Below are positions 36,680-45,830 of a stretch of DNA of 64,000 nucleotides, one piece after another (positions within the stretch are counted from its first letter, which is position 1; each line of letters begins with the position of its first letter). Position numbers and translations under genes: made by a program. Source of the stretch: an uncultured delta proteobacterium (GTDB taxonomy: Bacteria > Chloroflexota > Dehalococcoidia > Dehalococcoidales > BS750m-G39). The stretch spans positions 26,927 through 90,926 of the forward strand of contig CAVTZP010000007.1 in assembly GCA_963739245.1 (NCBI GenBank), read 5' to 3'. Below the pieces are notes generated by a model. It saw only the letters and a program-made list of their open reading frames with translations, did not search any database and was not told the origin of the DNA.

Positions 36680-36752
36680 CGCCCCTGGAGCGACTCGAAC
36701 GCTCGCACCCAGCTCCGGGGGCTGGTGCTCTATCCATCTGAGCTACAGGGGC
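36680..36752 (-). tRNA. tRNA-Arg (anticodon CCG), no encoded CCA
   Basis: Manual fold: acceptor GCCCCTG/CAGGGGC, D-loop AGATGGAT, anticodon stem CCAGC/GCTGG with loop CCCCGGA, T-loop TTCGAGT. Confidence 0.75.
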
Positions 36753-36801
36753 TGATACAATTTAATATAATAACCGATAGCCAGTAATGATGCAAACAAC
36801 T

Positions 36802-38142
36802 TCAATGGGCAAAAGGGATAACCCAAAAGATAAGCATCAGGATGAAAGTAATGACGAGGGTTATTACCACAAAAGGAACAGTGTAGCTGAAAAATTGCTT
36901 GATACCTATCTTACAGGAATCTTCTCTTTCACATATATTCAGAGCAACAAATAGGGCGGGAGCACCGGCTACCGTCAAATTGCTGCCCAGTGTCCCTGCC
37001 CAGAGTAAAGCCCACCATAAAGGCCAGGGATTGATACCGGCTGAAGCTGCCATGTCCCGAATTAAGTTCAAAAAGACAAGGATATAGGCATCATGCTCCA
37101 CAATCCCGACAATCGGCGCCGTTACCCAATAGAGGGTTGAGGTGCCGACAATGAGGCTCTTTTGAAAAAAGGGAGCTATAGCATCAGCAATCATCTTGAT
37201 TATGCCGACATGGCTAATCCCCCCAACCAATATAAAAAGCGCTATGTAAAATAATAGCGCCCTCCAGTCCAGCTCACCAAGTATTTCCTCAAAGCTGGGG
37301 CTCTCCAGTTTTTTGCGGAATATTTCCGTTACCAGGACTAATACCACCATCCCAACAAGAGCGATAAAGCCTAGATATAGTCCGGTAAGCTGCCGAAAAG
37401 CCATAGCTAGAATAGTCATTAAAAAAAGCATAACCGCTACGGCAGCAAATTTTTTATTTTTTATGTATTCCATCGGCTTAGTGTTGGCCATTGCTAAAAG
37501 AGCCATATTATCAATAGTGCTTCCGGAATACATCTTCTTAAACTTGAACTGATAGAACAAAAAGGCGGTTAGCAAAAATGTTATGGTCAGGATGATAAAC
37601 GAGGAAGGTCTTCCCATTTGCCAGATGAACTCAGGAAATTCTATTCCAGAAACGGAATGAAGCATTTGAGGTGGCAGGTCGCCCAAAAGTAAGGCGGTAC
37701 CCATAAAATTAGCCCCCAACCCCACCCAGATTATGAAAGGGAAAGAGGCCAGTTTCATTCTTTGGGTGATATGTAGAACCAGCGGCGCCATCATCAATAT
37801 GACAACCACGTTGTCCACAAACATGGAAATAAAACCGGCAAGAACTCCGATAAGTGTTAAGAAGATGGCGATATTATTACCAGAAACCCTCAGCATAGTT
37901 ATGGCTAGATACCGGGGTACCCCCGATTTGCCAAAATAAAGGGCAATTATCCAGATGCCGAAAAGGATGGCAATGACATTCCAGTCGACAAACATAAAGG
38001 CTTGTGGTGCATTCATCACCCCAAGCAATACCATTAAAGCCACACCAACTATACCGATAACAGCCCTATCTATCTTTCCCCAGATAATCAGACCAATGGC
38101 TACAAGGAAGATAATTAAGGCGGTTAGCTGTATTGGCTCCAC
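36802..38142 (-). CDS. ArsB/NhaD-superfamily permease
   Basis: 446 aa, GTG start, about 11-12 TM helices and an internally repeated topology typical of the ArsB/NhaD (CitMHS-like) ion-transporter superfamily. Confidence 0.55.
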   Translation of the reverse strand: MEPIQLTALIIFLVAIGLIIWGKIDRAVIGIVGVALMVLLGVMNAPQAFMFVDWNVIAILFGIWIIALYFGKSGVPRYLAITMLRVSGNNIAIFLTLIGVLAGFISMFVDNVVVILMMAPLVLHITQRMKLASFPFIIWVGLGANFMGTALLLGDLPPQMLHSVSGIEFPEFIWQMGRPSSFIILTITFLLTAFLFYQFKFKKMYSGSTIDNMALLAMANTKPMEYIKNKKFAAVAVMLFLMTILAMAFRQLTGLYLGFIALVGMVVLVLVTEIFRKKLESPSFEEILGELDWRALLFYIALFILVGGISHVGIIKMIADAIAPFFQKSLIVGTSTLYWVTAPIVGIVEHDAYILVFLNLIRDMAASAGINPWPLWWALLWAGTLGSNLTVAGAPALFVALNICEREDSCKIGIKQFFSYTVPFVVITLVITFILMLIFWVIPFAH

Positions 38143-38177
38143 AGATTTAATCTCCTTCTCAGTAAAAACTATTTGAC

Positions 38178-38186
38178 ATTATAGCA
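38178..38186 (-). promoter_or_regulatory. extended -10 element (TGCTATAAT) for the permease gene
   Basis: Minus strand reads TGCTATAAT about 35 nt upstream of the GTG at 38142. Confidence 0.4.
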
Positions 38187-38200
38187 AAAAAATTGAGCTA

Positions 38201-38209
38201 TGGTATAAT
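38201..38209 (+). promoter_or_regulatory. extended -10 element (TGGTATAAT) for the tRNA-Ser pair
   Basis: TGGTATAAT ends 10 nt before the first base of tRNA-Ser(CGA). Confidence 0.55.
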
Positions 38210-38219
38210 TACGGTAATT

Positions 38220-38310
38220 GGAGAGGTGTCCGAGTGGTTCATGGTGCCGCTCTCGAAAAGCGGTCTCCGCGTTTAGCGGAGCGTGGGTTCGAATCCCACC
38301 CTCTCCGCCA
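38220..38310 (+). tRNA. tRNA-Ser (anticodon CGA), CCA encoded
   Basis: Manual fold: acceptor GGAGAGG/CCTCTCC, anticodon loop CTCGAAA, long variable arm, T-loop TTCGAAT, 3' GCCA. Confidence 0.85.
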
Positions 38311-38318
38311 TCTATTAT

Positions 38319-38405
38319 GGAGAGGTGCTGGAGTGGTCTATCAGGCACGCCTGGAGAGCGTGTGTAGCCGTAAGGTTACCGTGGGTTCGAATCCCACCCT
38401 CTCCG
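38319..38405 (+). tRNA. tRNA-Ser (anticodon GGA), no encoded CCA
   Basis: Manual fold: same acceptor and T-arm as the neighbouring tRNA-Ser, anticodon loop CTGGAGA, long variable arm. Confidence 0.85.
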
Positions 38406-38423
38406 CTTTAACTAACTTTAACA

Positions 38424-39545
38424 ATGACTAGCAAAGAACTTAAATACTGGGTTGGCTTTAGTATGATACCCCGCATCGGGCGGGTGAAACAGTCACAGCT
38501 CGAAGGCTGCTTTGGTAATCTGGAAAATGCCTGGCAGGCTACCCCGTCCGAGCTAAAACACGCCGGGCTGGACAAGGGGGTAATAAGTGCCATTACCTAC
38601 TGCCGCCCCAAGATTTCCCTGGATGAGGAGATGGAAAAGCTAGACCGCTACGGGGTAAAGGCAATCAGCTTTCATAACCCGGAGTACCCCTCCCGCCTAA
38701 AAGAGATATACGATTACCCGCCGCTACTCTATGTCCGGGGTTCCCTGCTCCCCCAGGATGAGTGGTGTCTGGCAGTGGTCGGTACCCGCCGGGCTACGGT
38801 TTACGGCCGGCAGGTGGCGGAGGAGATAGTAACTGACCTGGCGCGAAGCCAAATCACCATTGTCAGCGGCTTGGCCAAAGGGATTGACTCTATCGCCCAC
38901 CAGAGTGCCCTCGAGGCCGGGGGCAGAACTATTGCCGTATTTGGCTGCGGGCTTGATATTGTTTACCCCGCCGAGAATGCCACCCTCGCCCGTGATATTA
39001 TCCAGCACGGAGCTCTGCTCAGCGAGTACCCATTAGGCACCAGACCTAAGGCGGATAACTTCCCCCGACGCAACCGAATTATGAGCGGACTGAGCCTTGG
39101 GGTGCTGGTAGTTGAGGGTGATGAGAAAAGCGGAGCGATGATTACCGCTCGCATGGCCCTGGAGCAAAATAGAGAGGTGTTCGCCATCCCCGGCAGTATC
39201 CTGTCATCAGCCAGCCGGGGGACTAACCACCTCATCCAGGACGGGGCTAAGCTGGTTCGCAACTACACCGATATTCTGGAAGAATTGAATCTGACGGCGG
39301 TAGCTCAGCAGATAGAGCTTAAAGAGGTTATACCTGCCTCCGATACTGAAGCCTTATTATTAAAGCAACTGAGTGCTGAGCCGGCTCATATTGATGAGGT
39401 CTGCTGCAGCACCGGGCTGCCGATAGCAACGGTCAGCAGCACCCTGGCGATGATGGAGCTCAAGGGTTTGGTCAAACAGGTAGGAAATATGAATTATGTC
39501 TTATCCCGGGAAGCAAGAGAGGGATACAAAGTAAAAGTAGACTAA
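38424..39545 (+). CDS. dprA: DNA-processing protein DprA
   Basis: 373 aa with a Rossmann-like core (VVGTRRAT.YG, SGLAKGIDS, GAMITA) and a C-terminal winged-helix domain. Confidence 0.85.
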   Translation: MTSKELKYWVGFSMIPRIGRVKQSQLEGCFGNLENAWQATPSELKHAGLDKGVISAITYCRPKISLDEEMEKLDRYGVKAISFHNPEYPSRLKEIYDYPPLLYVRGSLLPQDEWCLAVVGTRRATVYGRQVAEEIVTDLARSQITIVSGLAKGIDSIAHQSALEAGGRTIAVFGCGLDIVYPAENATLARDIIQHGALLSEYPLGTRPKADNFPRRNRIMSGLSLGVLVVEGDEKSGAMITARMALEQNREVFAIPGSILSSASRGTNHLIQDGAKLVRNYTDILEELNLTAVAQQIELKEVIPASDTEALLLKQLSAEPAHIDEVCCSTGLPIATVSSTLAMMELKGLVKQVGNMNYVLSREAREGYKVKVD

Positions 39546-39546
39546 G

Positions 39547-41643
39547 ATGAAGAAGAACCTGGTCATAGTTGAGTCACCGGCCAAAGCCAGGACACTGAGC
39601 AAGCTTTTAGGTCATGATTATAATCTTAAAGCCTCAATGGGGCATATACGAGACCTGCCCAAGAGCCAGCTGGGGGTAGATATTGACCAGGGTTTTGCTC
39701 CCAAATATGTGGTGCCTCGGGGAAAGAAGAAAATTGTCCTTGAGCTTAAGCAAGCGGTTAAAACTGCCTCTACTGTATATCTCGCCACTGACCCCGACCG
39801 CGAGGGGGAAGCCATCTCCTGGCACCTGGCCCAGGTGACAAAATCAAATCGGATACCCTATCGCCGTGTCGTCTTCCACGAGATAACCAAGCCCGCTATC
39901 GAGCGCGCCTTCGCTCACCCCCGTTCAATAGACATGCAGTTGGTCAATGCCCAGCAGGCGAGGCGCATCCTGGATAGACTGGTCGGCTATAAGATTAGCC
40001 CGCTACTCTGGCGAAAGGTGAGAAGAGGTCTATCCGCCGGCAGAGTTCAGTCGGTGGCAGTGAGGATTATCGTTGACCGCGAGCGGGAAATTGAGAATTT
40101 TGTCCCCGTAGAGTACTGGTCTATCGAGGCTGAACTCGCCAAGACTCCCGACATACCAACCTTCCGAGCCACGCTGGTTGGTCTTACCGATGGCACCAAG
40201 CTAGATATTCATAACGAGAAAGAAGCAATCGAAATCACCAGTGAGCTGAAACAAGCCAGCTACAAGGTTATCAAGGTCAGTACCAAGAAGGTGACCCGCC
40301 AGCCGGCGCCACCATTTATCACCAGCACCCTGCAACAGGAGGCGTGGCGCAAACTCCACTTCCCGGCCAAGCTAACCATGCAGGTGGCTCAGGAGCTTTA
40401 TGAAGGTCTACCCATCGGTGATGAAGGAAATGTCGGGCTCATCACCTATATGCGCACTGACTCCACCAGAGTCGCCCGCTCCGCCATTGCTGAAGCCAGG
40501 GAATTTATTACCACCAAGTATGGCCCCCAGTTTCTTCCCCAGCACGCCCGCTCCTTTGCCACCAAGGTGAAGGGGGCGCAGGAAGCCCACGAAGCTATTC
40601 GCCCAACTAAGGTCTGGCGGGAGCCGTCTTTGCTTAAGCCATACCTCAGCACCGCTCAATTTAAGCTATACCAGCTCATCTGGAAACGAATGGTAGCCAG
40701 CCAGATGGCCGCCGCCATTTTTGATAACACTGCGGTCGATATTCAAGCCAGATGCCGCTATTCTAAAGCCGACTATCTATTCCGAACCTCAAGCTCGGTA
40801 ACTGACTTCCCCGGGTTTATGATTCTCTATAGTGAAAGTAAGGATGAAACTGAAGAAGAGAAGCAAATCCCCACCCTCCCCCAGCTGGAAAAGGACGATA
40901 GGCTTGAGCTTATAGAGCTTTCCCCCGAGCAGCACTTCACCCAGCCCCCACCACGCTTCACCGAAGCCACGCTGGTCAAGATGCTGGAGCAATGGGGCAT
41001 CGGGCGCCCCAGCACTTATGCCCCCATCATCTCAACTATTCAGGAGCGGGGGTATGTCACCAAGACTGGCGGCAGCTTCCAGCCGACAGAGCTCGGCATC
41101 GTGGTCAATGACCAGCTCACTAAATACTTCGCTGACATCGTTGATATTGAATTTACCGCCCACATGGAGGACGAGCTGGATAAGATAGCCCATGAAAACA
41201 AGGACTGGGTGATGGTGGTTCAAGACTTCTATATACCCTTTGAGAATAGCCTCCACAAAGCCACCGAGCTTATGGAAAAGGTAAAGCTGGAGGAAGCAAC
41301 CGAGGAAATCTGCCCCGAATGCAGTAAGCCCCTGGTAATCAAATTCGGGCGCTATGGGAAGTTCATCGCCTGCAGCGGCTTCCCTGAGTGCAGGTACACC
41401 AAGCCTTTCCTGGTTAAAGTTGGGGTTAAATGCCCTCAGTGCGGCGGCGATATTATAGAGAAGCGAAGCAAAAAGAAGCGCATCTTCTACGGCTGCAGCA
41501 ATTACCCCGATTGCCATTTTGCCATAAATCTTAGACCTCTCTCTAAACCCTGCCCAAAATGTGGCGGGCTTCTTACTGTATATAGAAGAAACTGGACAAA
41601 GTGCACCAAGTGCGAGTATAGAGGCAGGCTCAAGCAGGCTTAA
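39547..41643 (+). CDS. topA: DNA topoisomerase I
   Basis: 698 aa with a TOPRIM N-terminus (LVIVESPAKA), catalytic Tyr region (YMRTDS) and C-terminal Cys4 zinc ribbons. Confidence 0.95.
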   Translation: MKKNLVIVESPAKARTLSKLLGHDYNLKASMGHIRDLPKSQLGVDIDQGFAPKYVVPRGKKKIVLELKQAVKTASTVYLATDPDREGEAISWHLAQVTKSNRIPYRRVVFHEITKPAIERAFAHPRSIDMQLVNAQQARRILDRLVGYKISPLLWRKVRRGLSAGRVQSVAVRIIVDREREIENFVPVEYWSIEAELAKTPDIPTFRATLVGLTDGTKLDIHNEKEAIEITSELKQASYKVIKVSTKKVTRQPAPPFITSTLQQEAWRKLHFPAKLTMQVAQELYEGLPIGDEGNVGLITYMRTDSTRVARSAIAEAREFITTKYGPQFLPQHARSFATKVKGAQEAHEAIRPTKVWREPSLLKPYLSTAQFKLYQLIWKRMVASQMAAAIFDNTAVDIQARCRYSKADYLFRTSSSVTDFPGFMILYSESKDETEEEKQIPTLPQLEKDDRLELIELSPEQHFTQPPPRFTEATLVKMLEQWGIGRPSTYAPIISTIQERGYVTKTGGSFQPTELGIVVNDQLTKYFADIVDIEFTAHMEDELDKIAHENKDWVMVVQDFYIPFENSLHKATELMEKVKLEEATEEICPECSKPLVIKFGRYGKFIACSGFPECRYTKPFLVKVGVKCPQCGGDIIEKRSKKKRIFYGCSNYPDCHFAINLRPLSKPCPKCGGLLTVYRRNWTKCTKCEYRGRLKQA

Positions 41644-41645
41644 AC

Positions 41646-42588
41646 ATGCAAGAAGTCTTTAATAAATATATCCAATACCTTGAACTGGAGCGCAGTGCTT
41701 CCGCCTATACCGTGCGTAACTATATTACTGACCTTTGCGGCTCAAAAAATATTAAAGGGCTTCTTTACCTTCCTTAAAGAGAAGGGCATAAGCTCTCCGG
41801 GGGAGGTAGACAGGCAAGTTCTTCGCGATTACCTGGGCTATCTGGTGGAGCAGGGGATTGTCAAGGCAAGCATTGCCCGCAAGCTATCGGCTATCCGCTC
41901 CTTCTACCGTTATCTAGTGCGGGAAGGAATTTTAGCTGCCAACCCCATAGAAAAGGCGTCTTCACCCAAGCTAGACAAGCGCCTACCTTCGTTTCTTACC
42001 CTAAATGAGGTAGAGCGCCTGCTGAACGCCCCTGACCTTTCCACACCACAGGGGCAGCGCGACCGGGCCCTACTGGAACTACTCTACGCCTCCGGTCTCA
42101 GGGTAAGCGAGCTGGTCGGCTTAGACCTGGGAGAAATCAACCTTGGTACCAATGAAATCCGCGTCTGGGGAAAGGGCTCAAAGGAGAGGATGGTGCTGAT
42201 GGGTAATCCCGCCGCCGAGGCAGTGCGTAATTACCTTGAGCAGGGCAGGCTCAAGCTCTTGGGAGACAAAAAGAAAACCAATGCCCTGCTCCTCAATCGC
42301 TATGGGCAGCGGATACCAGAGCGAAGGGTACAGAGAATATTGGAGTATTATGCTAAAAAAGCGGGCATAGAAAAGAGGGTCCACCCTCATATACTACGCC
42401 ACACCTTCGCCACTCATTTGCTTGATGGCGGCGCCGACCTGAGGGTGGTTCAGGAGCTTCTGGGACACGCCCAACTATCCTCAACCCAGATTTACACCCA
42501 TGTCACCAAGAGCCAGGCGAGGAAGGTATATCTAGCCGCCCACCCCATGGCAAAAGAAAAAGACGATGAGCCTGAAAATAGGCAATAG
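41646..42588 (+). pseudogene. xerC: tyrosine recombinase XerC/XerD, interrupted by a +1 frameshift at an A6 run
   Basis: The ATG at 41646 gives MQEVFNKYIQYLELERSASAYTVRNYITDLCGSK, then a stop at 41775. The remainder (FFTFLKEKG ... HILRHTFATHLL ... GHAQLSSTQIYTHV) continues in the +1 frame as track ORF 41680..42588. Confidence 0.8.
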
Positions 42589-43642
42589 AATACAGAAGTT
42601 GTGCCAAGGACTAGGTGAAAGGGAGATTGACGGCATCCTTATCTCCCAACCAGAGAACCGACGCTATCTTTCTAATTTTGACGGCTCGGCTGGCTTTCTT
42701 CTGGTCACGCCAAAAAATAAAATCTTAGTCACTGATTTCCGCTATACGGCGCAAGCCAAAAACCAAGCCCGTAATTATGAGATTTTTAGCATAACCAATG
42801 ATATTAGCAACTGGTTTCCCCGACTGGTGGCTGAGCTAGATATAAAAAGACTGGGGTTTGAGGCGGGACATATGAGCTTTGCCCTGCACCGGCAGTTATG
42901 TGATATACTAAAGAAAGGCAAATCACCGCTTAAGCTTGTCCCAGTAGATGGAATGGCAGAATCCCTCCGAGCAATAAAAGAGCCTGAGGAAATCGAGTTC
43001 ATTACCAAAGCCGCCGAAATAACCGATGCTGCCATTGAATATATCCAGGATAAAATTCAACCGGGCATGACGGAGAGGCAGGTAGCCTGGGAGATAGAGG
43101 AGTTCATGCGGGAGAAAGAAAGCGAGACTATACCCTTTGATATTATCGTTGCCTCGGGACCAAACTCCGCCCTGCCCCACGCCCGACCTTCAACGAAGGT
43201 TATCAGAGCCGGCGAGCCGACAATGATTGATATTGGCGCCAGGATTGAAGGCTACTGCAGCGACCTGAGCCGGACTATCTGCCTTGGTGCCTCCGATGAT
43301 AACTTTAAGAGACTCTATGATATTGTCCTTGGCGCCCAGCTTGGGGCAATGGCTATAATTAAGGAGGGGATGAGCGGGGCTGAGGCTGATAATCTAAGCC
43401 GGGTGATTATTGAGGAGGCCGGCTATGGTGAAGCCTTTGGGCACGGCTTAGGTCATGGTGTCGGGCTTGCCCCCCACGAGCAGCCACGCCTGGGTCCAAA
43501 CTCTTCTGACCACTTATCTGACGGCATGGTATTTACCATTGAGCCCGGCATTTATCTTGACGGGTGGGGAGGGGTGAGGATTGAGGATTTGGTGGCGATG
43601 GAAAAGGGGAAGGTCAGGGAAATTTCAAAGGCCAAAAAATAA
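42566..43642 (+). CDS. pepP: Xaa-Pro aminopeptidase (M24B)
   Basis: 358 aa with a creatinase-like N-domain and the pita-bread metal ligands (DIGA, HGLGHGVG, EPG, IED). Confidence 0.85.
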   Translation: MSLKIGNRIQKLCQGLGEREIDGILISQPENRRYLSNFDGSAGFLLVTPKNKILVTDFRYTAQAKNQARNYEIFSITNDISNWFPRLVAELDIKRLGFEAGHMSFALHRQLCDILKKGKSPLKLVPVDGMAESLRAIKEPEEIEFITKAAEITDAAIEYIQDKIQPGMTERQVAWEIEEFMREKESETIPFDIIVASGPNSALPHARPSTKVIRAGEPTMIDIGARIEGYCSDLSRTICLGASDDNFKRLYDIVLGAQLGAMAIIKEGMSGAEADNLSRVIIEEAGYGEAFGHGLGHGVGLAPHEQPRLGPNSSDHLSDGMVFTIEPGIYLDGWGGVRIEDLVAMEKGKVREISKAKK

Positions 43643-43658
43643 CCACTAGGAGCCAACC

Positions 43659-44219
43659 ATGATAGACAGCGGTGAGCTAAAGAAGGGGATTATCATTGAG
43701 CTTGACGGGAAGCTATATCAAGTCCTTGACTACCAGCATATTAAAATGGGACGAGGCAGTGCCCAAATCAGGCTTAAACTTCGTGATATCCGCAGTGCTC
43801 ACACCATTGAGCGCTCCTTCCAAGCCAGTGAAAAGTTTGCTCGGGTACGTCTGGACTATCACACCATGCAGTATCTTTACAATGACGGCGATTTACATTA
43901 CTTCATGGATGAGGAGAACTTTGACCAGGTACCACTCACGGCTAACCAGCTCGGCGATGCTCTTAAATACCTGAAAGAGGGAATGTCGCTGGAGGTATTA
44001 AATCACAAGGGCGAGCTGGTGGGGGTGGAGCTACCGATTACCGTTGAGCTTCGGGTGGTTGAGACCGGGCCCGGTTTCAAGGGGGACACGGCTACCGCCG
44101 GCAATAAACCGGCTAAGCTGGAGACCGGCATCACCATCCAGGTCCCCCTGTTTGTTAGTAACGGGGATGTGGTTAAGGTCGACACACGCACCGGCGAGTA
44201 CCTAGAGAGAGTTAGTTGA
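43659..44219 (+). CDS. efp: elongation factor P
   Basis: 186 aa with the three-domain EF-P pattern. Loop sequence is HIKMGRGSAQIRLK. Confidence 0.9.
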   Translation: MIDSGELKKGIIIELDGKLYQVLDYQHIKMGRGSAQIRLKLRDIRSAHTIERSFQASEKFARVRLDYHTMQYLYNDGDLHYFMDEENFDQVPLTANQLGDALKYLKEGMSLEVLNHKGELVGVELPITVELRVVETGPGFKGDTATAGNKPAKLETGITIQVPLFVSNGDVVKVDTRTGEYLERVS

Positions 44220-44225
44220 ATCGAA

Positions 44226-44870
44226 TTGCTAAAAGCTGACCTTCACGTTCATACTAAATATTCCTTGGACTGCAACACGCCCCTGGAGAAGATAGTTAGT
44301 CGCTGCCTTGAGACTGGGATAAACTGCATTGCTATCTGTGACCACGGTACCGCCGAAGGAGCACTAAGGATGCGGGATATCGCCCCCTTCAAGGTAATTG
44401 TCGCTGAAGAAATTATGACCCCATATGGCGAAATTATGGGCATGTTCCTTAAGGAGACTATACCCAGCGGGCTGCCAGTAAAAGAGGTAATATCCCAGAT
44501 CAGGGCTCAGGGAGGATTAGTATGCATACCCCACCCCTTTGATATGCTACGCAGTTCCGCCTTGAGCAGCAATATTATAGAAGAAATAGTCAAGCAGATT
44601 GACATTATAGAAGTGTTCAATTCACGAACTCTATTTCCCCAGCATTCGGCTAAAGCCCTAGCCCTTGCTCTGAAGTATGGCATCCCAAAAAGCGCCGGTA
44701 GTGATGCCCACACCCCCAACGAGATTGGTAGCACCTATATTGAGATGCCTGAGTTTGAGGGCAAGGATGACTTCCTCAGGGCTCTGGAAAGGGGCAAGAT
44801 TTCAGGACATAGGACAAGTCCTTTAGTCCATTTTGCCAGTACCTGGACAAAGATCAAAAAGAAGCGCTAA
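44226..44870 (+). CDS. PHP-family metal-dependent phosphoesterase
   Basis: 214 aa, TTG start, with the DLHVHT, CDHGT, HP and SDAH His/Asp motifs. Confidence 0.7.
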   Translation: MLKADLHVHTKYSLDCNTPLEKIVSRCLETGINCIAICDHGTAEGALRMRDIAPFKVIVAEEIMTPYGEIMGMFLKETIPSGLPVKEVISQIRAQGGLVCIPHPFDMLRSSALSSNIIEEIVKQIDIIEVFNSRTLFPQHSAKALALALKYGIPKSAGSDAHTPNEIGSTYIEMPEFEGKDDFLRALERGKISGHRTSPLVHFASTWTKIKKKR

Positions 44871-44873
44871 CGG

Positions 44874-45681
44874 GTGGTGCCGATGTATGAACTTGGCTGG
44901 TTTTCCACCGGCAGAGACAAAGCCGCCAGGGATCTGCTGACAGTAGTTCAGCGGGGTATTACTCTGGGTGAGATTGAGGCTGAAATAGCCTTTGTTTTCT
45001 GCAATCGTGAGCCCCGGGAAGCAAAAGAGAGCGATTTATTCCTCAAATTGGTAGAGAGTTATGGCATACCTCTTGTCTGCTTTTCCTACCGCAACTTTAA
45101 AGCCGACTAAAGGCGCAGAGTGGCGGCTTGAATATGACCGCAGGACTATGGCAAAACTGGAGGGCTTCCACCCTGACCTTTGCGTCCTGGCTGGCTATAT
45201 GCTTATCGTCGGCAAGGAGATGTGCCAGCGCTATAATATGATTAACCTCCACCCCGCCGCTCCCGGCGGCCCTTCTGGAACCTGGCAGGAGGTAATCTGG
45301 CAGCTGATTGATAACAAGGCTGAGGAAACCGGGGTAATGATGCACCTGGTAACCCCGGAGCTGGACATGGGACCGCCGGTAACCTACTGCACCTTCTCCA
45401 TCAGGGGCAAACCGTTTGATAAACACTGGAAAGAAATAGAGAAACAGCCGCTAGACGAGATTAAAAAGGGTCAGGGTGAAAATAATCCCTTGTTCCGGCT
45501 CATCCGCCAGCACGGTCTGGCCAGAGAATTCCCACTGATAATAGCCACCCTCAAGGCTTTCAGCCAGGGCAAGGTTAAGATAACAGCCGACAAAAAACTC
45601 GTTGATGCTGAAGGAAAAGCGATTAAAGGGTATAATCTGACCGAAGAGATTAATGAACAGGTGGCAAGAGCAATTTTGTGA
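44874..45681 (+). pseudogene. formyltransferase (PurN-like) family gene split by a +1 frameshift
   Basis: Track ORFs 44874..45110 and 45061..45681 are the N- and C-terminal halves of one Formyl_trans_N-like protein (...GIPLVCFSYRNFKAD* and ...AEWRLEYD...DLCVLAGYMLIV...NLHPA). Confidence 0.6.
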
Positions 45682-45762
45682 AGAGTCGAAGAGAGGCTTC
45701 GCCTCTCTTAAAAATCTCCTCCCCCTCTCCTTTGAAGGAGAGGGGGATAGAGGGGGTGAGGT
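45680..45762 (+). repeat. ~82-nt two-hairpin intergenic repeat, copy B
   Basis: This is the reverse complement of 19022..19104, with about 85% identity by eye and the same two hairpins. It overlaps the stop codon of the upstream gene and ends in GGGGGTGAGGT. Confidence 0.8.
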
Positions 45763-45830
45763 AGATAAATAAATTTATCTGCTTTGACCTTGAAGGACCT
45801 CTGTCACCTCAAGACAATGCCTATGAGCTA

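Noticed and set aside
36654-36737. The track's longer N-terminus for the OFOR gamma subunit (MDRAPAPGAGCERSS...).
   Set aside because: It is translated straight through the tRNA-Arg gene (36680..36752). An in-frame GTG at 36653 with an AGGAGG site gives the conserved N-terminus.
36802-38142. An apparently AT-richer permease gene as a possible horizontally acquired segment.
   Set aside because: The compositional impression is by eye only and is expected for a highly hydrophobic membrane protein. No flanking repeats or mobility genes are present.
41646-42588. The tyrosine recombinase as a marker of an integrated mobile element or genomic island; tRNA genes lie within 5 kb.
   Set aside because: dprA-topA-xerC is a common chromosomal arrangement. 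The flanking genes are housekeeping, and I saw no direct repeats of a tRNA 3' end, phage genes or transposase genes.
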